Part shown: piece by piece, positions 41,558-52,105 of the stretch
How positions within the stretch are numbered: position 1 is the stretch's first letter
Layout: every line of letters begins with the position of its first letter
NCBI GenBank assembly: GCA_963848295.1
Contig: CAWKDB010000010.1
Span: 1,280,001 to 1,344,000, forward strand
Source: an uncultured delta proteobacterium
GTDB taxonomy: Bacteria; Myxococcota_A; Polyangia; Haliangiales; Haliangiaceae
Length of the DNA: 64,000 nucleotides
Direction: 5' to 3'
Made by a program: the position numbers and the translations under genes
Notes under the pieces: model-generated
What the model saw: the letters and a program-made list of their open reading frames with translations, nothing else
Databases searched by the model: none
What the model was told of the DNA's origin: nothing

Positions 41558-42711
41558 ATGACGCGCCGCGCCTGCGGTCGGATCCCGATCGCGTGCGCGC
41601 CGCTGCTGATACTCGCTGGCCGCGCACACGCCGCCCCGGCTCACGCTGGCTCGGTGCGCTACGCGGAAGCGGGCGCCGCGTGGGCCGCGTGCTTTTCTCC
41701 CGAGGATGCACCGGTCGAGCTCCCAGCCGAGTCGAGCGCGGATGACCCGGATACGAGCGTCACCGTTACGCGGATTGGAGCCCATATCGAGATCGCGAGC
41801 GACTCGGGCGGCTCCGGCTCGGACGCGGTCTTTAGCGGAACAACGATCGACTTCAACCCGCGGACCTGCGCGACGCTGTGGGCGCGCGACTTCACGTACG
41901 ACGGAGCATTTGCGCGTGAGGTCCGAGTTGGTTGGGTCAAGCGCGGTGCACCGAATGATCGCGAGCTCGCCAGCCTCGTCGCAGCGCCCGCGGTCGCCGA
42001 CGCCCCTGCGTTCGCGATGGCTCGAACCTGGCTCGACCACAGTTGCGCCGGCGGGCCAGAGTCCACGCTCGACTGGTCACCCGGCCGGCTGCTCGCGGGT
42101 CCGATTGCCCCCGCGCAAGCTTGGCTGACCGGCGTACCCGCGACATCACGGAACGGCTTCTGGTCCCTCGACGCGCTGCACGCGATCGGCGCGCGCGCTT
42201 CGATCGCGGTCGAGCTCGCCAAGGACTCCGAGTTGATACCGCGGCTCGCGGGCGATCGGCTCATCGGGTCGTGGTCCCCGGCCTGCCGGCGCCAACCAAG
42301 ACCTTCACGGTCGGAACCATCGAAGTGCGCGAGGCAGAGATGCCGGGCCGCAACAGCGGACGAGCGATCGCGCTCTACGATCGGGCGACGAACCGACATC
42401 GCTGGGTGTTGTTGACCCGCGGCTGTATCCAGGGTTCGACCGTGCGGTGGCTGGGCGCGATCGGTGCGCGCGCGATCGGAGTGACCTCATCCCGGCACGG
42501 CAGGTACGCGCAGGGCGATGCGATCGTCGTGCTCGACACCGCGGCGGGCATGGCGTGGGCGGTGAAGCTCCCAGCCGCCACGACCGAGGATGGGGTCGAT
42601 CATTCCGGCGCGAAGCTCGCTGGCTCGACGATCACGTTCGGCAGCGACAAGGCGAGCGCTGCGGTCGATCTCGCGCCGGCGCTCGCCGAGCTGCCGATCC
42701 CGTCCCCGTAA
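41558..42711 (+). pseudogene. Hypothetical secreted protein with a single frameshift near 42266
   Basis: Frame 1 ..DRLIG continues in the other frame as VVVPGLPAPTKTFTVG..; one extra G in CGGGTC would fuse them. Confidence 0.5.
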
Positions 42712-42752
42712 GTGGACAAAAGAGACAGCGTCCCCAGAGAAGCGACAGCGTC
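42708..42752 (-). repeat. Degenerate copy (25/28) plus a partial copy of the 3773 repeat, reverse orientation
   Basis: 42708-42735 GTAAGTGGACAAAAGAGACAGCGTCCCC vs GCAAGTTGACAAAAGCGACAGCGTCCCC; 42740-42752 AAGCGACAGCGTC. Confidence 0.85.
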
Positions 42753-44598
42753 ACAACACCGAGCGCTCGAGCCGCAACACCTCGGCGAGCGACCACGCCT
42801 GAAACGGGCAGCCGCCGGCGGCGTGGGGCAGATCGCCATCGCAGACCTCGGGCACGTGGCCGACGAACCGCGCGCGCAGCGGCGCGACGAACCGCTCGCA
42901 CGCCTCGCGCTTGACCTCGGCGGTAGCGCCGCGCACGCGCACCCAGGCCTCGACGAACGGCCCGAGCAGCCACGGCCAAACCGTGCCCTGGTGATAGGCG
43001 CGATCGCGATCTGCGGGGCCGCCGATGTAACGCCCGCGATAGCGCGGATCGCGCGGCGACAACGTGCGCAGGCCGGCCGGAGTCAGCAGCTCGGCCTCGA
43101 CCGCATCGACGATCGCGCGCGCGCGCTCGCCGTCGACGAGTTGGAGCGGCAGGCCGCCGACCGCAAAGATCTGGTTCGGCCGAACGCTCGCATCGACCGG
43201 ACCGGCGACGTGATCGCAGTCGATCACGTCGAACAGCTGGCGCCGCGAGGGATCCCAGAACCTTGTCGCGAACGCGGCCCGGCCGCGATCGTAGAGCTCG
43301 CGCGATCGCGCGTTGCGAGCACCGGCGATCGCGAGCGCGTTGAGCCACAGCGCGTTGACCTCGACCGGCTTGCCGATCCGCGGCGTGATCACCTCATCGC
43401 CGAGCTTCGCGTCCATCCAGGTCAGCTGCACGCCGGGTTCGCCGGCGGCGAGCAAGCCATCGTCGGCCGCGGCGATGCGATGGCGCGTGCCCGCGGTGTA
43501 GCCGGCGACGATCGCGTCGATCGCGGCTTCCAGGCTCGTGCGATCGGCGGCGGCGACGTCGCCGTCGAGATAAGCGGCGGCGGCGATCACGAACCACAGC
43601 GCCGCGTCGACCGAGTTGAAGTGGGGCGCCGCGCCGTGCTCGGCGAAGCAGTTCGGCAGCATGCCGCCGTCGACGACGCGCGACCACGTCAATAAGATAG
43701 CTCTAGCATCGTCGCGGCGACCGGTCGCGAGCGCCAGCCCGCGCAAGGCGATGAACGTGTCGCGCCCCCAATCGCCGAACCACGGATAGCCCGCGATCAC
43801 GGTCTTGCCGGCGCCGCGAGCGACGACGAAAGCCGCGGCACACGTGTCGACTTGGCGCCGGCGCTGCGCTTCCGCCGCGAACGTGCGATCGACGAGGTCG
43901 CGCGCGTGGTCGGCTTCGATCGCGCCCGCCGCAAATGCGAGCGTCGCGGGCGCCGCGAGATCGAACGTGAAGCTGCCCGGCGTCGCCAGATCCTCGATCG
44001 AGTCGAGGCCGCGATCGCGCTCGGCGGCGAGCTCGAACCGGCGATACCAGTCCGGCGCGTGGTCGTAGCGCCCGTTCGCGATCGCGGCGATCGCGGGGAG
44101 CTCGGGATACGGCCGCCACGCGACATGCTCGCCCTCTACGTCCGCGCTGAAGTCGAAGCGCGCGTTCTCGTGATGCGTCGCATGAAAATCGCGACCGGCG
44201 AGCAACGGCCGAACCCACAGCGACGCCGGCCGCGCGCCGTCGTACGTCCAGCGCACCACGACGCGCGACGCCATCGCGAGCTCGCAGGTGACGCGCGCGC
44301 CGCCCGGGAGCTGCCAGCGCCAGGTCGGCCACGGCGTCGCGACAAATTCGGCGAGGTGGGTCGCGCCATCGGGATCGATCACTCCACCCGCGTAGCGATG
44401 CGCCGACAGCGCGAATCGCCCCGCCGGTGTCGTCACGAACACTTCGAGATCCGCGACGAGCACGACGCGACCACCTGGAGGCTCGGTCGCCGCGCACAAC
44501 AGCGCGTGATAACGCCGCGTCCGGATGCCGTCGGCCGTGCCCATCGCGAACCCGCCGAGCCCATCGGGCTCGAGCCACTCGCGCTCCGGTGCGATCAC
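42751..44598 (-). CDS. Amylo-alpha-1,6-glucosidase (glycogen debranching enzyme)
   Basis: [73 protein letters not shown] overlaps the upstream stop. Confidence 0.93.
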   Translation of the reverse strand: MIAPEREWLEPDGLGGFAMGTADGIRTRRYHALLCAATEPPGGRVVLVADLEVFVTTPAGRFALSAHRYAGGVIDPDGATHLAEFVATPWPTWRWQLPGGARVTCELAMASRVVVRWTYDGARPASLWVRPLLAGRDFHATHHENARFDFSADVEGEHVAWRPYPELPAIAAIANGRYDHAPDWYRRFELAAERDRGLDSIEDLATPGSFTFDLAAPATLAFAAGAIEADHARDLVDRTFAAEAQRRRQVDTCAAAFVVARGAGKTVIAGYPWFGDWGRDTFIALRGLALATGRRDDARAILLTWSRVVDGGMLPNCFAEHGAAPHFNSVDAALWFVIAAAAYLDGDVAAADRTSLEAAIDAIVAGYTAGTRHRIAAADDGLLAAGEPGVQLTWMDAKLGDEVITPRIGKPVEVNALWLNALAIAGARNARSRELYDRGRAAFATRFWDPSRRQLFDVIDCDHVAGPVDASVRPNQIFAVGGLPLQLVDGERARAIVDAVEAELLTPAGLRTLSPRDPRYRGRYIGGPADRDRAYHQGTVWPWLLGPFVEAWVRVRGATAEVKREACERFVAPLRARFVGHVPEVCDGDLPHAAGGCPFQAWSLAEVLRLERSVL

Positions 44599-47242
44599 TT
44601 GCCGATCCGCGCCGCGGCGACGCGCTCGACGAGGTTCGCGGCGAGCGCGGTCCACCCGGTCTGGTGACTCGCACCGAGCCCGCGGCCGTCGTCGCCGTCG
44701 AAGTACTCGTAGAACAGGACGAGTTCCTTGAACGCGGGGTCGTCCGCGTAGCGCTTGCTCTCGCCGTGGCACGGCCTGCGCCCGCGCGCGTCGGCAGTGA
44801 ACAACCCGACGAGCCGGCGCTCGAGCTCGCCCGCGACCTCCGCGAGCGTCATCATGGTTTGCGAGCCGGTCGGGCACGCGACCTTGAGCTCGTCGCCGTA
44901 GTAGTGGTGATAGCGCTTGAGCGCCTCGATCAGCAGGTAGTTGACCGGGAACCACACCGGGCCGCGCCAGTTCGAGTTGCCGCCGAACAGGCCGCTGTCC
45001 GATTCGCCGGGGGTGTAGTGGACCTCGAACTCCTCGCCAGCGAGCGGCAGCACGAACGGATGGTCCTTGTGATAGCGCGACAACGAGCGCACGCCGTACG
45101 GCGACAACAGCTCGGTCTCGTCGAGCATGTAGCGCAAGACGCGCTCGAGCCGCTCGCGATTCGGCACCGCGAGCAAGCGATGGTGTCGATCGACGTCGAG
45201 GTGCATCGAGATCGAGCGCGCGAGCTTCGGACGGTTCGCGAAGAACCAGTTGAGCCGGTCGGCGAACACCGGCAGCTGTTGGAGGTGCTCGTCGTCGAGC
45301 GACGCCGCGGCGAACAACGGCACGAGCCCGACCATCGAGCGAATCCTCAGCGCGCGGATCTCGCCATCGGGCGAGCGCACCTGATCGTAGTAGAAGCCGT
45401 CGCCATCGTTCCACAAGCCGCGCCCACCGAGCTCGTTCGCCGCCTTCGCGATGCCGACGAAGTGCTCGAAGAACTTCAGCGCGAGATCGGCGTACGGCAT
45501 TCTCGGTCTTCGCGAGCTCGAGCGCCATCTGCAGCATCGTCGTGCAATAGAACGCCATCCACGCCGTGGCATCCGCCTGCACGAGCTCGCCGCCGCCGGG
45601 CAGCGGCTTGCTGCGATCGAACACGCCGATGTTGTCGAGGCCGAGGAAGCCTCCGGTGAATAGGTTCTCGCCCTCGACGTCCTCGCGATTGACCCACCAC
45701 GTGAAGTTGATGAGGCACTTGTCGAACGCCCGCTCGAGGAACTCGCGGTCGTAACCGAACCCGGCTTCGGCGGCGAGCTCGTACACGCGCCACACCGCCC
45801 ACGCGTGGACCGGCGGGTTGACATCGCTGAACGCGAACTCGTACGCGGGCAGCTGCGCCGTTCGGATGTACGTACCATTCGCGGCACAGCAGCACGAGCT
45901 GGTACTTCGCGAATTCGGGATCGAAGCGCGCCATCGCGACGCAGTGAAATGCCAGATCCCAGGCGGCGAACCACGGGTACTCCCATGCGTCGGGCATCGA
46001 GATGATGTCGCGCGCCCACAGATGCTGCCAGCTGCGATTGCGACCGTGCTTGCGCGCCTCGGGAGGCGCGGGCTGCGCCGGATCGCCGTCGAGCCAGTGC
46101 TCGACGATGTAGTGATAGAACTGGCGCGACCACACGAGGCCAGCGTCCGCCTGGCGGACGATCGCGCGTTCGTCGTCGGTCATCGGCGTGTTGCGCACGA
46201 CGCGGTGGTAGTGGTCGGATTCCGCGATCCGCTTCGCGAACAGCGCGTCGTGATCCGCGAACGGCGCGGCATTCGTCCCGTCGGGCGCGAGCCGCAACCT
46301 GATCACGCGCGATTGTCCCGCCGGGACGGCGAGCACGTACCAGGCCGCGCACTTCGTCCCGCTCCCGGTGCGCGCGATCGCGGCACCTTCACCGTTGACG
46401 ACGCGGCGATGGAATGCGTCCTTGACGTGCGCGCTCGGGTTCGGGACCCCGAACAACCGTTCCGAGTTCGTCTCGTTATCGGTGAACAACAGCTCGGGCT
46501 TGCCTTCGCAATCGAGGCGGTAGTGGCCGAGCGTCGGCTGCTCGATCCGCACGCTCGCCTCCCCCACGCGCGACAGCTGGCCCTTCGGGTCGTAACCTTC
46601 GCCGGTGCGGCCCCAGCTCCACGTGTTGCGCAGCCACGCGGTCGGCAACAGATGCAGCGTCGCCGCCTCGGGCCCGCGATTCGCGATCGTGATGCGCACG
46701 AGGATGTCGTCCACGCCCGCCTTCGCGTACTCGGCCGTGACGTCCCAGTAGCCGCGATCGAACACGCCGGTGTCCTCGAGCTCGAGCTCGCGGTCGCCCT
46801 TGCCGCGCTTGGCGTTATCGGCGACGAGTCGATCGTACGGAAACGCAGCCTGCGGGTACTTGTAGAGCGCCTTCAAGTACGACGCGGTCGGCGTCGCCTC
46901 GAGGTAGTAGTAGAGCTCTTTGACATCCTCGCCGTGGTTGCCTTCAGGACCGGTCAGGCCGAACAAGCGCTCTTTGAGGATCGGATCCACGCCGTTCCAC
47001 AGCGCCAACGAGAAGCACACGCGACACTCGCGATCGCAGATGCCGAGCAAGCCGTCCTCACCCCAGCGATACGCGCGGCTGCGCGCATGATCGTGCGGCA
47101 GGTAGTTCCAGCAGTCGCCGGTCTCCGAGTAGTCCTCGCGCACCGTGCCCCATTGGCGCTCGGCGAGGTAAGGCCCCCAGCGCCGCCAGTTGCGGATCCG
47201 GCGCGCGTCTTCATCGAGCCGCGTGCGCTCCGGATCGGTCAT
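44595..47242 (-). pseudogene. GH63/MGH1-like glucosidase with two frameshifts (near 45857 and 45495), possibly assembly errors
   Basis: [36 protein letters not shown] | [31 protein letters not shown] | [32 protein letters not shown] across three frames. Confidence 0.88.
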
Positions 47243-47270
47243 GCCAGCGGACGTTACCGCCGAAAATCAG

Positions 47271-47298
47271 AAAGCCACAGCGCGAACGCCGTGGCTTT
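47271..47298 (-). terminator. Rho-independent terminator
   Basis: Minus strand AAAGCCACGGCG-TTCG-CGCTGTGGCTTT followed by CTGATTTT, about 20 nt after the stop at 47319. Confidence 0.75.
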
Positions 47299-47318
47299 AT
47301 CGCGAGGTTCGCGGTGGC

Positions 47319-48140
47319 TCAGTGCATCTGGCCCCAGCCCTGCTCGATCCACTCGCTCGCGACCTGGAGGTGCTTCAGCGCGCGGTTGCGCAGACCCCTC
47401 GAGAACTTCTCGTCCTCGTGCTGGTTGATGTCCGCGTACGCACTCGCGAGCGCGTCGTGGGCGCGATGCAGCCGGCTGCCCCACTCCATCTTGACGTCGA
47501 CGCCCGGATGATCGTCGAGGTTCTTGCCGTCGTCGATCGAGGCCGTCTTGATCTCCTTGATCGCGGCATCGATCTCGCGGATCGCGCGCTTCTCGTCCCA
47601 CTTCACCGCGCTGCCGGCCGGCCGCTCGAGCCAGGCGCGCGCGTTGCGCAGATCAGACAGCGCGTGGAGATACGCCGGGTGGTCGCCGGTCGGCGCCGGC
47701 TCGTGCGCGATCTCGATCATGCCCTTGCGGACGTGGTCCATGGCGGCCTGGATGTGCTGGAGCGCGCGGTTGCGCAGGCCCTTCGCGAACCGGTCGTCCT
47801 CGTGCTGATGGATGTCGGAGTACGCCGCCGACAGCAGCTCGTTCGCGTGTCGCAGGCGACCGCCCCAATCGAGCGCGACATCGACCGCGACGTGATCGCC
47901 GATATCCTTGCCATCGTCGATCGACGCCTTCTTGATCTCCTTGATCGCCGCATCGATCTCGTCGACCGCGACCTGCTCGTTCCAGTTTGCTTTCGGCGCG
48001 TTGGTCGGGCGCTCGAGATGAGCGCGCGCATCGCGCAGGTCCGACAGCGCATGCAGGTAGGCCGGGTGAGCGGCGTAAGCGGTGGAACCGTACGCGACGA
48101 TCGCGACGGCGACGGCGACGAACATGGAAAGCGTCTTCAT
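47319..48140 (-). CDS. Secreted His-rich protein with two tandem ~120-aa repeats
   Basis: AAGGAG RBS, signal peptide ..AYA; HPAYLHALSDLRxARAxLERP..IDAAIKEIK..IDDGK..GLRNRALxH present twice. Confidence 0.85.
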   Translation of the reverse strand: MKTLSMFVAVAVAIVAYGSTAYAAHPAYLHALSDLRDARAHLERPTNAPKANWNEQVAVDEIDAAIKEIKKASIDDGKDIGDHVAVDVALDWGGRLRHANELLSAAYSDIHQHEDDRFAKGLRNRALQHIQAAMDHVRKGMIEIAHEPAPTGDHPAYLHALSDLRNARAWLERPAGSAVKWDEKRAIREIDAAIKEIKTASIDDGKNLDDHPGVDVKMEWGSRLHRAHDALASAYADINQHEDEKFSRGLRNRALKHLQVASEWIEQGWGQMH

Positions 48141-48263
48141 CAACATCTCCTTGAGGTTGGCGGGAACGTCGTGCGCAACCCCGGCGGGGTCAAGGGCGGT
48201 GCCGCAGATTCGTGGTCCCTTGCGATCTGAAACCGTGCCGACGAGCCGGTGTCTATCCGTGCG

Positions 48264-50213
48264 ATGCGGTTTCTCGCGATCATCGCTGCGCTATGGCCGG
48301 GCGGGATCGCCGCGGCCGACCACCTGCGCGCGACCCGCGAACAGCCGATCGTCGAGGTCGCGCACGAGGTCGACGTCTCGATCGAAGACGGGGTCGCGCA
48401 CTTTCGCGTCCGGCGCAGCTTCGAGAACACCGGCTCGATCCCCGATGAAGCGAGGCTCGCGATCACGGTTCCGGCTGGAGCGATCGCCTCCGGCCTCCGG
48501 GTCTGGGCGCACGGCCGATGGTTCGACGCCGAGCTGATGGAGAACGCTGCGGCCGAGGCGCGCTACGCGGACGCTCCGCCGCACTCGCCCGTCGCCACGC
48601 CCGTGCTGCTCGAGTCGTTCGACACCGGCGACCTGTTGCTCGCGCTATTCCCGGTCGCTCCCCGTCGGGTCGCGACGGTCGAATACACGCTGATCGCCCC
48701 GACCGACTATCACGACGGCGCGTATCACCTGGGCTACCCGCAGCGCGAACAAGGCGGGCTACCGCTCGTCGAACCGGTCGTGCGGGTCGCCGGCCAACGG
48801 GTCCATGCGGTCCCCGGGCAAGGCTCGACCCCGCCGGGCAGCGTCGCCGCAGGGCAACGCGGTGGGATCACCTCGCTCGTAATTCCGCCGCCGCCGATCG
48901 CGGTGCTGACCGCGCGCCTGGGCATCGCGAAGGCCTCTCGCGAGCATTCGCTCGTGCGGTTCGAGATCGACGCCGAGCCCGAGCTCGCGCCGCTGCCGGT
49001 CCGGCCGCAGGTCGTGTTCGTCGTCGACCCGTCGTACTCCATGGACCTGCACGGCGCTGATGCGATCGCGGCGCAGCTCCAAGTAGTCCGCGCGTATCTC
49101 GGCCACGTGCCCGACGCGAGCGTCGAGCTCGTCGCGGTACGCCGTCGCGCCGAGCGCGTGTTCGGCAAGTTCGTCGCGGCGAGCAACTTCGAAGCCGAGC
49201 TCCGCGACGCGCAGCGCCGGGGCGCGTTCGCTCGGGGCAACGGCAGCGCGATCGATGCCGGCGCACGACTCGCCGGTGAGGCGCTCGCGGATCGCGCGGG
49301 ACCGCGCCGGATCGTGATCCTCACCGATGGCCTCGTTCGCTCGTCGTTGACCGCGCGCGACGTCGCGACGGTGCTCGACCGCCTGCCGGCTGACGTCGTC
49401 GTTCACGTCGTCGTGCTCGACGAGAGCAACGGCATGCCGCTCGACCTCGAGCGCGACGACGACGCGCTGCTCGCACCGCTCGCGACCGACCACCGCGGGA
49501 TCTATGCGAGGTACGACGCACTCGACCCGCACACGGCCTCCGAGCTCGCGCCCTCGGCGCTCGGGCTCGTGCGGCCGACCCGGATCGACGAGCTCGCGGC
49601 TCCCGGCTTGGCGATCGACAACCCGGAGCTCGACGAGGGCATGGGGCTCCGACTCACCGCGACGATGGCGACCCCGCCGACTCGGACGGTCATCAGCGGC
49701 AAGCTGTGGGACGAGCCGGTCCGGCTCGCGATCACGGCGTCGCCCGCGTTCTCGCGTACGACCGCGGCACTCGCGCCCGACACCGACGACTACGACCGGC
49801 TCGATCACGACGAGCAGCTCCGGATCGCGCTCGCCGGCGGCGCGGTCTCGCCGCTCACCGCGCTCGTCGCGTCCGATCCCGGCGAGCACCCGCCGGTGAC
49901 TGGCCAGGCTGGGCCCGCGGGCCCGGGGCGGCGGTTCGGCCGACGCTCCGCGGTGCCGAGCGTGTCGATCGGGGCCGTGCACCGCCCGTTGCGAGTGCTC
50001 CTCGATCCATCGGCGTGTGTCGCGAGAGCACGGCCGCCCGCGGGCTGGCACGTCACGCTCCAAGTCGAATCGACTCGCGACGAGATCGTCGACGTCAGGG
50101 CGCGTGGACCGGAGAGCCCGCTCACCGCGTGCCTCGTCGAAGCGATGTGGGCGGTGCGACTCCCGCCGTCGTTCACGGACGAGCACGAGCAGCACCTGGT
50201 GTCGCTGCCGTAG
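48264..50213 (+). CDS. Secreted VIT + vWA-like domain protein
   Basis: HEVDVSIEDGVAHFRVRRSFENTG (VIT); VVFVVDPSYSM (MIDAS-like), RIVILTDG. Confidence 0.72.
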   Translation: MRFLAIIAALWPGGIAAADHLRATREQPIVEVAHEVDVSIEDGVAHFRVRRSFENTGSIPDEARLAITVPAGAIASGLRVWAHGRWFDAELMENAAAEARYADAPPHSPVATPVLLESFDTGDLLLALFPVAPRRVATVEYTLIAPTDYHDGAYHLGYPQREQGGLPLVEPVVRVAGQRVHAVPGQGSTPPGSVAAGQRGGITSLVIPPPPIAVLTARLGIAKASREHSLVRFEIDAEPELAPLPVRPQVVFVVDPSYSMDLHGADAIAAQLQVVRAYLGHVPDASVELVAVRRRAERVFGKFVAASNFEAELRDAQRRGAFARGNGSAIDAGARLAGEALADRAGPRRIVILTDGLVRSSLTARDVATVLDRLPADVVVHVVVLDESNGMPLDLERDDDALLAPLATDHRGIYARYDALDPHTASELAPSALGLVRPTRIDELAAPGLAIDNPELDEGMGLRLTATMATPPTRTVISGKLWDEPVRLAITASPAFSRTTAALAPDTDDYDRLDHDEQLRIALAGGAVSPLTALVASDPGEHPPVTGQAGPAGPGRRFGRRSAVPSVSIGAVHRPLRVLLDPSACVARARPPAGWHVTLQVESTRDEIVDVRARGPESPLTACLVEAMWAVRLPPSFTDEHEQHLVSLP

Positions 50214-50216
50214 AGG

Positions 50217-50987
50217 CTACCGGCGCAGGGTGTGAGCGCGCGCGAGCTCGGACTGATGTGCGACCGCGGCCCACTCGATGCGCTGCGGCGACGCGAGCCC
50301 GAGCGTGACGATCGCGGTCGACAGCAACACGCCCATCGAGCGCTGGTAGGCTTGCGCGGCGCGCAGCCGATCCGGCGTGAGGATCCCTGCCGAGATCAGA
50401 TAGTCGGCGAACCCCGGTAGCTCGGGGACCGGACCGCGAGGCGCCGATGTGGGTTTCGGGTGTGGCGTAGGTGAAAGCGCCGCAGGCTCGGTCAGCGTGC
50501 TGCGTGGAAACGGCGTCGTGCTCGCATCCTCGTCGGGGGGTTGCGTGCCGAGCGCGATCCGCCCGGACTTGCGAGTAAGAGTGCGACCAGCCGCGGCAGC
50601 GGGTGCCGGGAGTATGTGTGCCACCGCGGCTGGTCCAGAGGGGGCGTCCACGATCGCGAGCCAATCGCTCGCTTCGTTATCGCCAGGATCGAGGCGCAGC
50701 GCCTCGCGAAAAAAGATCGCAGCGGAATCGTGCTCGCCGCGGCGCGCCGCGAGCTGGCCGAGCAAGCGATACGCGATCGCCCGGTGTGGCTCGAGCCGGA
50801 TGACATCGCGGAGATCGGCTTGCGCCTCGAGGTCGCGGCGAAGGCCGATCCGAGCCCGAGCCCTCAGCAACAGCAGCTCGACGCACTCCGGGTCCTGCTC
50901 GAGGGCATCGCTGACGACCGCGACCACGCCGGGGAACTGGCGCGCCAGGAACAGCTCGGTCGCCGACGCGATGATGCCGCGGTCCAC
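50217..50987 (-). CDS. TPR protein with C-terminal MshEN/T2SSE_N-like domain
   Basis: Three TPR-like repeats, Pro linker, GFADYLISAGILTPDRLRAAQAYQ..LLSTAIVTLGLASPQRI; start uncertain. Confidence 0.65.
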   Translation of the reverse strand: MDRGIIASATELFLARQFPGVVAVVSDALEQDPECVELLLLRARARIGLRRDLEAQADLRDVIRLEPHRAIAYRLLGQLAARRGEHDSAAIFFREALRLDPGDNEASDWLAIVDAPSGPAAVAHILPAPAAAAGRTLTRKSGRIALGTQPPDEDASTTPFPRSTLTEPAALSPTPHPKPTSAPRGPVPELPGFADYLISAGILTPDRLRAAQAYQRSMGVLLSTAIVTLGLASPQRIEWAAVAHQSELARAHTLRR

Positions 50988-51142
50988 GTCCGTACAAAAC
51001 AGCAAGCGACGGGCCACCGCCGCCCAGACCCAAGTCGTTGCAACCATTGAAAATCTGCATGTCCCCAACCGGTGTGCGAGGGCCCCAGTCGGGGCCGCTC
51101 GTCCCTGTGGCACGCTGACACCAGCGCCGGCATACTTCGATC

Positions 51143-52105
51143 GTGAAGCGGCTCGCGCTGGCAGTCACGCTGCTGCTCGCCGGCGGAGAAACCGCGCGCG
51201 CCGACGACGACTTCTGGCTCGACGTCATCACGCCACATCACAAAGAGATCGACCAGCTCGTGACGAAGGCCGACACCACGGTCACCGCCGCCGATGCCGC
51301 GATCGCCGCCGGTGGCATCGAGTGGGCCCACGACGAGCTGCGCACGGCGTTCGGCGCGATGACCTACGCGCGCTCGCTCGCACCCGACGACATCGACGTG
51401 CTCGCCGCCTATGCCGCGGTCAGCGACCGACTCGGCCGCACCGACGACGCGGTCGCGGCGTTGCAGCGCGCGCTCACCGTGGGCGGCGCCGATGGCGTGC
51501 CGCCGTCGGTCACCGGGCAGCTCGGGACGATCTATCTCCGGCGCGGGCAACTCGACGATGCGATCCACTACCTCGAGCTCGCGCAGGGCGGGAACGACGA
51601 AGACGACGCTCGGTACACGATCGCGCTGTCGAACGCCCTCGCGCAACGGGGTCGCTCGCGTGAAGCGACCGACGTCCTGCTCGACTCGGTCCCGCCCGAT
51701 TTTTCTTCTTCGCCGACGACCGGAGGCACGATGGTCGAGCTCGCGCTCGCCGTGCGCTACGATCGCATCGAGCAGCGCAGCGACGCGTTCGAGACGATCG
51801 ATCGAATCGCGACTGCGATGCAGGGCCAAGAGCTGTTGGAGTATCTGGACAGCGCGCTCGGCGCGATGCGATTCGCCCCCGCCGCCGACCGGCACTACTA
51901 TCTCGGCATGGTCTACGAGGTCACCGGCTTCGGGCTCGAAGCGCGCGCCGAGTTCGCGCTCTACGCGGCGACCGCGGGCGCGCCTTATCGCAAGCGCGCG
52001 CTCGACCACATCGCCGCGCTCGATCGGGTGTCGCGCGCGGCCGCGATCGCACCACCGCCGGTCGATCCGAGCCTCAGCCTCAGTCCGCCGCTGGTGCTGC
52101 CGTGA
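51143..52105 (+). CDS. Secreted TPR protein
   Basis: Signal ..TARA|DDDFW; LGTIYLRRGQLDDAIHYLE, HYYLGMVYE. Confidence 0.75.
   Translation: MKRLALAVTLLLAGGETARADDDFWLDVITPHHKEIDQLVTKADTTVTAADAAIAAGGIEWAHDELRTAFGAMTYARSLAPDDIDVLAAYAAVSDRLGRTDDAVAALQRALTVGGADGVPPSVTGQLGTIYLRRGQLDDAIHYLELAQGGNDEDDARYTIALSNALAQRGRSREATDVLLDSVPPDFSSSPTTGGTMVELALAVRYDRIEQRSDAFETIDRIATAMQGQELLEYLDSALGAMRFAPAADRHYYLGMVYEVTGFGLEARAEFALYAATAGAPYRKRALDHIAALDRVSRAAAIAPPPVDPSLSLSPPLVLP

Noticed and set aside
42751..45795. 1014-aa GH63/debranching enzyme fusion ORF
   Set aside because: Artefact of a frameshifted GH63 segment falling in the same frame; the intervening stretch is Arg-rich off-frame text.
48189..48204. Sigma54 promoter for the His-rich repeat gene (minus strand CGGCACCGCCCTTGAC)
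   Set aside because: The -12 element is GA rather than GC, so support is insufficient.
51031..51066. Possible further GGGGAC-family copy (minus strand GGGGACATGCAGATTTTCAATGGTTGCAAC)
   Set aside because: Only the GGGGAC head and a loosely placed CAAC match, and it lies between divergent genes; too weak to assign.
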